From a virus (Duplodnaviria; Caudoviricetes), in IMG/VR virus record IMGVR_UViG_3300016649_000397, positions 1-52,192 of that record: a DNA stretch of 52,192 nt. One strand, written 5' to 3'. The number at the start of each line of letters is the position of its first letter. Within the stretch, counting starts at the first letter, position 1. Of the stretch, positions 45,323 to 52,192 are shown piece by piece. Under the pieces are notes generated by a model, which did not search any database, was not told the DNA's origin, and saw nothing but the letters and a program-made list of their open reading frames with translations. A program made the translations under genes and the position numbers.

Positions 45323-45652
45323 TTAATTACTCTGAGACAATACTTCGTTTCCATACTTAATAACCAATCCCTTGGCTTCCTCCTTTGTCAAATTGATGAT
45401 TGATCGTGTAATTTTATTTCTTTCTCGTGGAGTAAAACCGCCCCAAACGCCAAATTTTTCTTTGTTTTGCACGGCAAAGATTAAGCATTCATCAGCGACA
45501 ACACAACGTTGACACGTACTTTTAGCCATTTTAATAGAATGTTTGTCTTCGCTGAAAAAATCAATTTGAGTTTTTGATATTTTACATAGAGCTTTTTGTC
45601 TCCAAGAATCGTTCATTCTTACTTCAACAAGTTGATAATCTTCATTCATCAT
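45323..45652 (-). CDS. whiB: WhiB-family Fe-S transcription factor
   Basis: W..KALC, FF, AKSTCQRCVVADECL, FGVWGGFTPRER. Confidence 0.9.
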   Translation of the reverse strand: MMNEDYQLVEVRMNDSWRQKALCKISKTQIDFFSEDKHSIKMAKSTCQRCVVADECLIFAVQNKEKFGVWGGFTPRERNKITRSIINLTKEEAKGLVIKYGNEVLSQSN

Positions 45653-46031
45653 CTACTCCAAAATCTGAATCATAGTAGGGTAAAGTTGTTGATTGTTTTT
45701 CTAGATCCGGAAGTGTTTCTTCAACACAGATTCTAAAATATTCATTTTTGTCTTCTGGATCCATATTACAAAATATTGTTTGAAGATGGTACATACAGCT
45801 AATCACAACACCATAAACTTTGTCTTGATCGATTGTATCTTCATCTTCGTGAAATAAATTAACTATACTCATAATTGCTACCATTCGACTTTCAGGATCT
45901 TCATAATCTGTATCCTTCAAAAGATTAGTAACAGATACTAACAATTGATGATAATCAGATGCATCTATAACTCCATCTGGTATCTCATCTGGTTTTTTAT
46001 TGACATTTTCAAAATCATTTGGATTGAACAT
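45642..46031 (-). CDS. Acidic hypothetical protein
   Basis: Operon packing. Confidence 0.55.
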   Translation of the reverse strand: MFNPNDFENVNKKPDEIPDGVIDASDYHQLLVSVTNLLKDTDYEDPESRMVAIMSIVNLFHEDEDTIDQDKVYGVVISCMYHLQTIFCNMDPEDKNEYFRICVEETLPDLEKQSTTLPYYDSDFGVDDE

Positions 46032-46049
46032 TTTTCTCTTTTCTATTAA

Positions 46050-46550
46050 TTAGTACCAAACGGATGAACCATCACAATGCTCAGCAGCAAATTTTAGCCA
46101 CCAAGTTGCGTATATCCAATCATTAATCAAGTCTTTTTCGTTACCTCCATTCTCTTCATTACAATAAGTTCTTGCCTGATGCGCAAATTTTTCTGTATTG
46201 TCTGCCATATATTCAGAGAGATGTAGGCAATAATCAACACTCATTCCCTCAGTATTTTCATCTATCCCTTCCCCGTAAAAATTAAGTTCACTATCAAAAT
46301 AACTATCAGGATTTCCTTCAAGCAATCTCAATAAGAAATTACCATATTTACCTCGATACCAACAATCAGTGCCAAGCATTCCATAAATTGGACGTGCTTC
46401 TTTTAGAAGAACTTCTTTTTCATATTCATTTTTCCAAGGACAATTACCTTTTGATTTAGTCAAATTGCAATCAATTCTTCCATCTTCATTCAATGAAGCA
46501 ATTCCTTGCTTTTGGCAAGGATAATTGTGAGGAATGTTATCAAGTCCCAT
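46050..46550 (-). CDS. Hypothetical protein
   Basis: MGLDN...CWYRGKY pattern. Confidence 0.6.
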   Translation of the reverse strand: MGLDNIPHNYPCQKQGIASLNEDGRIDCNLTKSKGNCPWKNEYEKEVLLKEARPIYGMLGTDCWYRGKYGNFLLRLLEGNPDSYFDSELNFYGEGIDENTEGMSVDYCLHLSEYMADNTEKFAHQARTYCNEENGGNEKDLINDWIYATWWLKFAAEHCDGSSVWY

Positions 46551-46556
46551 AATTTA

Positions 46557-47087
46557 TCACCATAAACTTTCTATATCTCGTGCAATAATATCTCTACATT
46601 CTTTGTATTCTGTCTTACCATTTCTTACAAATAAAGCACCTTCAAATCCCATTCCTTCTTCTCTATAGTTAAGAAAAAATGATAGATTATCTAATCCTTG
46701 AAAAATTTCTTCAAGGCAATCATCTCCCGGAGACCAAGCAGTTTGATAATGCAATACAAGATTGTATGTATCTGATTCATCTTCACTAAAAGGCTCTTCT
46801 GTTTCCCAATAAGAATCACAGCAACCCCATTTAGTTCCCCAAACACCAAGAGCCCAACTATACCAATCTCGATAACCAAACTTTTCAGTTAATGTTTTAG
46901 CCAATTCTTCATTATTATTTGGAGAAGTAACGCCTTTGTATTCTATTGGCATAGGGCGAAATGTATTAAAAAGACAAATATCTTTCTGATCTTTGTCTTC
47001 TTGCTGTGGTGTAATTTTTTGCTTGAAATCTTCAAGATCTTTTTTAGCACCACGTATTGTTAATGTATTTTCACACCAATTCGGCAT
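46557..47087 (-). CDS. DUF1281/YubB-like ferredoxin-fold protein
   Basis: MPNWCEN, DWYSW...WGTKW, YQTAWSP, YREEGMGF. Confidence 0.7.
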   Translation of the reverse strand: MPNWCENTLTIRGAKKDLEDFKQKITPQQEDKDQKDICLFNTFRPMPIEYKGVTSPNNNEELAKTLTEKFGYRDWYSWALGVWGTKWGCCDSYWETEEPFSEDESDTYNLVLHYQTAWSPGDDCLEEIFQGLDNLSFFLNYREEGMGFEGALFVRNGKTEYKECRDIIARDIESLW

Positions 47088-47430
47088 TTTTCTTTCTCGC
47101 TTTCTTTTCTTTTCTTTGTTGATCTACCATTCTAGCTTTTTCCATTGCTTTATAAAACTTTTCAGTTTTTCTAGTTTTGTCAACAATGAAAAAAGCATTA
47201 ATGTATTTATTATAAGCAGTACCTATTTCTCTATCACTTGAATTTAAAAATGCGTGAGCAAATCTTGCTTTAACATCTTTGAATTCATAAACAATTCCGG
47301 ATCTAAAATGTACTGTCATTCTTCCATCACCGCTTGTTTCAAAGTATTCATATTTAGCTTTTTCAATAATGATAGAATTGTATTTCTTTTCAATTACATT
47401 TGCATTTGCGTATTTCTTACGTCCTGGCAT
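47071..47430 (-). CDS. KTSC-like domain protein
   Basis: MTVHFRSGIVYEFKDV...FLNS...GTAYNKYI. Confidence 0.6.
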   Translation of the reverse strand: MPGRKKYANANVIEKKYNSIIIEKAKYEYFETSGDGRMTVHFRSGIVYEFKDVKARFAHAFLNSSDREIGTAYNKYINAFFIVDKTRKTEKFYKAMEKARMVDQQRKEKKARKKNAELV

Positions 47431-47431
47431 T

Positions 47432-48121
47432 TTAAAACAACCTTCCTTGATTTTTATTCCAATATGACATACTTTCTAAATCAAAAGGCGGTCGTTGAAG
47501 ATTGTTTTTATCAACCCAATCAAACCACTCTTGATGATATTTGGCATCCCAATACTTTAACTGATACGCAGCAGTTAGGATTTGATCAGACGTAGGACTA
47601 TCAGTTTCCGGATCCCAATCATATCCATTCTCATACATTTGTGAAACAATATTATCAGCCCAATCCGGTGCGGCTTTGTTAACTATTTTAGCACCATCAC
47701 AGTACGGTAAATCATCAATTCTTCTTTGATGTATTTTCTCAAAATAGTCATCTTCATTCGCAACAGGATAGGCAGCCAAATTGTCTAGCCATTCCATAGC
47801 TTTTCGGAAAGCATCAGTTATATTTTTATCTTCAATTTCACCTTTACGATGAAGTATCTGACAAACTAATCTTGTTAGCGATCCAACAGCCCAATGTCGA
47901 TAAGTTTCAACTCTAAAATGAGATGGAAATTCTTTTGTCAGTTCTTTAGATATGTAGTCAAAATTACTAACATCTAGAACAGATGAAGAATTGTTTTTGT
48001 CAATTCCACAAAAACCCCAAGTTTCAAACATATCTGTTGGCCCCCAATAACCAAAATCTGAAGGCTTTTTTAAGCCGTCAGTAGCGCATTTGATTATGTT
48101 TTTAGAATATGAAAAAGTCAT
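47432..48121 (-). CDS. Hypothetical protein
   Basis: SNF...HWAVG...LAAYPVANEDDY pattern. Confidence 0.6.
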   Translation of the reverse strand: MTFSYSKNIIKCATDGLKKPSDFGYWGPTDMFETWGFCGIDKNNSSSVLDVSNFDYISKELTKEFPSHFRVETYRHWAVGSLTRLVCQILHRKGEIEDKNITDAFRKAMEWLDNLAAYPVANEDDYFEKIHQRRIDDLPYCDGAKIVNKAAPDWADNIVSQMYENGYDWDPETDSPTSDQILTAAYQLKYWDAKYHQEWFDWVDKNNLQRPPFDLESMSYWNKNQGRLF

Positions 48122-48444
48122 ACAAGTAAGCCTAATTCAATTCTTGCTTCCATATCCCAATACAAAGGCAACTCTCTTTCTATCTTGTAGACAATATCTT
48201 CTTCTTCACTTTCTGGAAGATAATTAATTACAACTTCACCGTATGTTCCAAAATCGTGTGGAAACCATTTGATTGAAAATGATAAAGTTTTACTTTTTTC
48301 AACCTCAGGGAACTGTCTTTTTAGTTGATTTATATAAGCCTTCATTTCTTTTGGGGCTTCTAAATCAAATTCTGGACTTCCAACCTGAGCACATTCTTCG
48401 TGTGTTGGCGTTGGCCCTAACTCAATATATTCCATAATCACCAA
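48118..48444 (-). CDS. Hypothetical protein
   Basis: GPTPTHEECAQVG...FPHDFGTYGEV pattern. Confidence 0.6.
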   Translation of the reverse strand: MVIMEYIELGPTPTHEECAQVGSPEFDLEAPKEMKAYINQLKRQFPEVEKSKTLSFSIKWFPHDFGTYGEVVINYLPESEEEDIVYKIERELPLYWDMEARIELGLLV

Positions 48445-48902
48445 CCGATCCCGTTTAGAAATTCTTCAAATGTTTCTTGAAGAGCACCGCTACCATTACC
48501 TTCTCCGGAAGCATAAATGTATTCTGGATCTCCATCAAAAGCAATAATTGATGATGTTTGATTAGCAGTGTAACCAATTAGTGCTAATTTAACTCTTCTT
48601 CTTTCAGGGTGTTCAGAAGGTGCTACATTATCACTTTCATCATCCTTATTTGGCGCAGCCCAACCAGCAGTCAAAACTGCTACCAAATCATATTCTCCCA
48701 ACTTATCTGCGTGATGAGTTGATAGTTGAAGCATTTGATAAATATCACCATAATCTGTAATTTTTTCACAAGAAATAGAATTATCGTCTGCTAGTTTTAC
48801 ACCAATAAGTTGAGCTTTTTGTGTTGTTCTCATCTTATCAGTTGAGTCAAAGATATTTCTACTAATTAGTTCTAATTTGTCTGCTTCCATTACTTGTCTC
48901 AT
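48438..48902 (-). CDS. Hypothetical protein
   Basis: GWAAP...PSEHPERRRV pattern. Confidence 0.6.
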   Translation of the reverse strand: MRQVMEADKLELISRNIFDSTDKMRTTQKAQLIGVKLADDNSISCEKITDYGDIYQMLQLSTHHADKLGEYDLVAVLTAGWAAPNKDDESDNVAPSEHPERRRVKLALIGYTANQTSSIIAFDGDPEYIYASGEGNGSGALQETFEEFLNGIGW

Positions 48903-48952
48903 TTTTTTTCCTTTGTTATATCTTACTCTTTTGAGTAAGAAACTAATTTTTG

Positions 48953-49026
48953 CGTTGCCGATAGGACTTGAACCTATAACCTAAACATTAGAAGTGTTTT
49001 GCTCTATCCAATTGAGCTACGGCAAC
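48953..49026 (-). tRNA. tRNA-Arg(TCT)
   Basis: GTTGCCG/CGGCAAC acceptor stem; AAACA-CTTCTAA-TGTTT anticodon arm; GGTTCAAGTCC T-arm. Confidence 0.9.
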
Positions 49027-49032
49027 CGATCT

Positions 49033-49281
49033 CTATTTCTTATCGTCAAGTTCGTGTTGCCACAAACCAAAGTCTGGATTTGTTTCCAAATCCAATTGCC
49101 AATCGTATGGCTCAATTACTTCGTGAATTGCCAACACTTCTTTTGTAGTAGCATATTGCCAATTCTGCCAGTGTTTCTTTTTCATTGTTTTGCCTTTCCA
49201 TTTGATTTTTTCTGTTTGATTACTTTCATTAATAACACGTGCATATCTTTTAACAAGTTCTTCAATATTTTCTGGAATCAT
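49033..49281 (-). CDS. Hypothetical protein
   Basis: Operon packing; GGAGG RBS. Confidence 0.5.
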   Translation of the reverse strand: MIPENIEELVKRYARVINESNQTEKIKWKGKTMKKKHWQNWQYATTKEVLAIHEVIEPYDWQLDLETNPDFGLWQHELDDKK

Positions 49282-49632
49282 TTAGAAATAATCCTCCCAA
49301 CTTTTCCAGACTTTATTTCTATCTTGTATATTTAACATTGTTAAATCTTGAAGTTTGTCAAGCGTATTTGAATTGACTTTAAGCAATCCGAATTCAACAT
49401 AGCCTCCGTTTTCCTTAGTTAAGGCCAAATCAATTGCTGAATGTAGATCAACTTTACAAGGTGTAATAACAGTCAATCTTTTTTGATTATCAAGATCGAC
49501 AACTTCAAACGAATAAAACTGTTTATAGTTATCTGGATGACAATTTTCTACACGTTGATTATTTTTGTATTCTCTCCAATACTGAACCATTACATGCTTG
49601 TATTGGATTGTTTTTTCATCGTACTTCTTCAC
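49282..49632 (-). CDS. Hypothetical protein
   Basis: Operon packing. Confidence 0.5.
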   Translation of the reverse strand: MKKYDEKTIQYKHVMVQYWREYKNNQRVENCHPDNYKQFYSFEVVDLDNQKRLTVITPCKVDLHSAIDLALTKENGGYVEFGLLKVNSNTLDKLQDLTMLNIQDRNKVWKSWEDYF

Positions 49633-49975
49633 AAGAAATTTCCTTACTTGGTATTAGCCAACACCATTTACAACAAGGAGTGTTATCTGGATTAATTGTT
49701 GGATGACCACCTTTTTGTGTTAAGTTGGGATCAATAATTTCCATTACTTTTACTGAACAGTCGTGACAAAGAGCAACTTCTAATGGATTATCTCCATCAA
49801 CAGTATCAAAAAATTCACCATAACCGCCATAAATCTTGAAAAACAAACCATCATCAACTTGTTTCAGGCTAAACCCATTCCAATCGCTTGTTTTTCCCCA
49901 AAAGACTGGTTTTAGTGCTTCACCACAAGATGAACATTTGTACCAACCATTCATTTCACTTGTTTCCAACGTCAT
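49616..49975 (-). CDS. Cys-rich zinc-binding hypothetical protein
   Basis: CSSC, GGYGEFFD, LCHDC. Confidence 0.55.
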   Translation of the reverse strand: MTLETSEMNGWYKCSSCGEALKPVFWGKTSDWNGFSLKQVDDGLFFKIYGGYGEFFDTVDGDNPLEVALCHDCSVKVMEIIDPNLTQKGGHPTINPDNTPCCKWCWLIPSKEISCEEVR

Positions 49976-50199
49976 ACTTGATGCTCCAAATCTGCTCGTA
50001 CATTTAGTGTTTTCAATTCTGATTTCTTAATCCAAAAGTAATTTGACTTATGAAGTAAAGCTGGGACGTATTCTTTTCGGAATTCACGTTCTGTAATGTC
50101 AAGCCCTATTTTTTGGCAAGGGTCTGCCATACAATAGTCATAGCCAGCTTCTTTTCTTTCATCAGAATACTCTTGTTCACAATAAATACATTTAGCCAT
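49972..50199 (-). CDS. Small zinc-finger protein
   Basis: KCIYC...ERKEAGYDYC...C. Confidence 0.55.
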   Translation of the reverse strand: MAKCIYCEQEYSDERKEAGYDYCMADPCQKIGLDITEREFRKEYVPALLHKSNYFWIKKSELKTLNVRADLEHQV

Positions 50200-50404
50200 T
50201 GAATTTGCCTTCTTTCTTTGCTTCCCAAAGTTTAGCAATAATCATTGCCTTGTCGGAATCTGAACGACCACGAATTTTTTCAGCAATGGCATAACATTCA
50301 TTTGCTTCCTTATGTTTTCCGATAGAGTAATAATGATTGCCAAGCAATTCCCATTCTTTCCATTCTTTCTCATTTTCACTCATTTCAATTTTTCCCTTCT
50401 TCAA
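50192..50404 (-). CDS. Small TPR-like helical protein
   Basis: WELLGNHYYSIGKHKEANECYAIA. Confidence 0.5.
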   Translation of the reverse strand: MKKGKIEMSENEKEWKEWELLGNHYYSIGKHKEANECYAIAEKIRGRSDSDKAMIIAKLWEAKKEGKFNG

Positions 50405-50582
50405 GAAGTTTACAGATTTTCACAATTTTATCTAAATTCTTATGGCCGGCATTATTCACGCAAGCATTTGTCAATAACCAATTCGCATCTCTTTGTCGAT
50501 TAAAAGGAATATTCATACTTCTAGTTAGATTTTCTAACTCATTCAGAAGTTGCTGTTTTACTTTTTGATCTAGGTTTGACAT
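50385..50582 (-). CDS. Hypothetical protein
   Basis: AGAAAGG RBS. Confidence 0.5.
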   Translation of the reverse strand: MSNLDQKVKQQLLNELENLTRSMNIPFNRQRDANWLLTNACVNNAGHKNLDKIVKICKLLEEGKN

Positions 50583-50599
50583 TTTGCCTTTCTTTGCTG

Positions 50600-51046
50600 T
50601 TATTGATTGCTTTTTGCTCGTACTTCATCACCTTCATAGATGACGAAAAGAAAATCATTATCAAAGAGCCATTGGCAAAGCTCATTTGCTTCCTTATTCG
50701 GAAGCATACGGAATTCCACAATGTCATCTAATACTGGAACAATACCTTTCTTGTTTTTGCGACGTACTTTCATTCGCACAAGAGAAGCATAAAAATCCCA
50801 ATCAGCTTTTGTCCAACCATCTCGATGATGTGGATAATTAGTCAAATAAGTGCCGCCATCAAAGTATGGCTTTACTTTTGGCTTTTTCTTGCGGCCGGCA
50901 AAAACTAAATCTGACTCTTCGACAATTTCCATTCCCAAAGTATCAGAAGAAGATACATCATTTTGGAGAATGTTATCTCGTACTTGTTGTTCAGTCATTG
51001 TTTGCTCCTGTTGTTTGTCCGTTGTGTTTTCTTGTTGGTTTTCCAC
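50600..51046 (-). CDS. Hypothetical protein carrying the family-B N-terminal peptide
   Basis: MEIVEESDLVFAGRKKK resembles FQIVSENDLVFAKRGRKS. Confidence 0.6.
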   Translation of the reverse strand: MENQQENTTDKQQEQTMTEQQVRDNILQNDVSSSDTLGMEIVEESDLVFAGRKKKPKVKPYFDGGTYLTNYPHHRDGWTKADWDFYASLVRMKVRRKNKKGIVPVLDDIVEFRMLPNKEANELCQWLFDNDFLFVIYEGDEVRAKSNQ

Positions 51047-51060
51047 TGTTGTTTCCTTTT

Positions 51061-51402
51061 CTATTGAATGGGTGAAAATAAAAGATCTTTTTTAGTAATT
51101 CCAGCAATTGAATACATACCTGATTTGTATGGCCAAAGAATGTGATTTTCGTCAACCTTAGAGAATTTATCATAGTGAGCTGAAAACGCACTATCATTCC
51201 AAAGGTTTTCAAAAATTTCAATCATAAACAATTTGTCACCAATTGACAAATCCATAGCCTTGGCCGTATCAACTAATTCTTTTCGCTCATCTTCTCCGCT
51301 TTTCCAAACACGAAAATCATCTGAAAAAATATAAGTATGGTCAAACTCATAGATTTTCACGGCTAATTCTCCAATTGTAGTAATGTTCTTTTCCATTATC
51401 AT
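51061..51402 (-). CDS. Hypothetical protein
   Basis: FDHTYIFSDDFRVWKSG pattern. Confidence 0.55.
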   Translation of the reverse strand: MIMEKNITTIGELAVKIYEFDHTYIFSDDFRVWKSGEDERKELVDTAKAMDLSIGDKLFMIEIFENLWNDSAFSAHYDKFSKVDENHILWPYKSGMYSIAGITKKDLLFSPIQ

Positions 51403-51836
51403 TTTCCTTCCTGAATGTCTTTGATACGAATTTTAGTGCTTTCATTTGACGCAACGTGAGAAGTAATGTTTATCACTTCGTCACCAATTTGTGCGTTGTT
51501 GCTAATTCCGTTACCAATACCCAAAATCGTATGACGATTTATGCGATTACCAGAAAACACACGTTGAGCGTATTTGTGACCGTCAGGATAAGCAACAAGA
51601 ATAAATTTACCGTCATCTTTGCGACGAAGGAAAATCTTTTGTGATGCCAAAAGCTCAGACAAAAACTTGAGCGTAATCGCTTTGTTTTTGCCACTCTCAG
51701 TCAAAGACGAAAGCACAGCGTAAACATTTGTTTTACCGTCAGTCTCAACGGCAACAAATTTCACAACTTTGCCCCAATCTGTTTTTTTGTCTTTGATGGA
51801 TAACCCAACCAAAGCGTCAAAAATAGTCAAATCCAT
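51399..51836 (-). CDS. Hypothetical protein, first gene of the leftward operon
   Basis: AAGGAG RBS; TGCTAGTCT extended -10 upstream. Confidence 0.6.
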   Translation of the reverse strand: MDLTIFDALVGLSIKDKKTDWGKVVKFVAVETDGKTNVYAVLSSLTESGKNKAITLKFLSELLASQKIFLRRKDDGKFILVAYPDGHKYAQRVFSGNRINRHTILGIGNGISNNAQIGDEVINITSHVASNESTKIRIKDIQEGK

Positions 51837-52139
51837 TTCCTACTCCTTACCTTGATGTGTTTTTTTATCCGATAAATAACGCGACACAATAAACGACACA
51901 ATGCCACACACAATTTGTGAGTTATTGGGTAGATAATAGCACCGCATTTGTCTCAACAGACTAGCACCGCAACACGTCAAAAAAAACCTCAGAAAAAAGA
52001 TTTCTAAGATTTCTTTTGGGTCGGGAATTGGGTGCGAAAAATGGCTGAAACAAACGATCGGGGTATCCCAGCATTAACCTTTTAAATAATCTAAAGGTGG
52101 GCCACAAAAGTCGATCTAAAGCATTAGCTCAGGGGCCAC

Positions 52140-52165
52140 GTAAGATTACAGCCACGTAATATTAC
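52140..52165. repeat. Pair of GTAAnnTTAC boxes, 16 bp apart
   Basis: GTAAGATTAC 52140 and GTAATATTAC 52156. Confidence 0.85.
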
Positions 52166-52192
52166 GATTGGCGTTTAGCCAATTTTTTAGCA

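Noticed and set aside
30027-51644. Plus-strand ORFs across the leftward operon
   Set aside because: Antisense to well-packed minus-strand genes, with Phe/Leu/Ile-biased composition and no RBS
1-52192. Alternative genetic code or stop-codon recoding
   Set aside because: The standard code gives intact, tightly packed genes, and no suppressor tRNA is seen

Overview
The window is part of a large, AT-rich tailed-phage genome. An actinobacterial host is likely, based on a WhiB gene, CGAAC-N4-GTTCG LexA-type boxes, GAAAGG ribosome-binding sites and leaderless starts. 1-14.5 kb (minus strand): glycosyltransferase, class II ribonucleotide reductase, portal, prohead protease/scaffold, major capsid and glycine-rich fibre-like genes. 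14.6-14.7 kb: an AT-rich palindromic divergence point that may be an origin. 14.8-22.3 kb (plus strand): accessory genes (tandem HiPIP-like, Nmad1/DUF1599-like, SpeD-like, FkbM-like, SNase-like) and four tRNAs. 30-52 kb (minus strand): a dense operon of small hypothetical genes plus an SLT, a permuted GHKL-HEXXH protein, ParB-like, WhiB, KTSC and tRNA-Arg. The most unusual part is 22.4-30 kb. It is an array of mostly single-gene cassettes, most with their own sigma70-type promoter and terminator, encoding two triplicated families of small basic proteins. The spacers carry about 44 copies (counted by eye) of the palindrome GTAAnnTTAC, often phased at about 16 or 31 bp. They also contain a constant-length (36-38 bp) hairpin element, an apparent internal inversion between two spacer copies, LexA-type boxes and a roughly 240-nt structured RNA leader. 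The same motif reappears at the window's right edge. All counts and structures were read by eye; no database searches were run.
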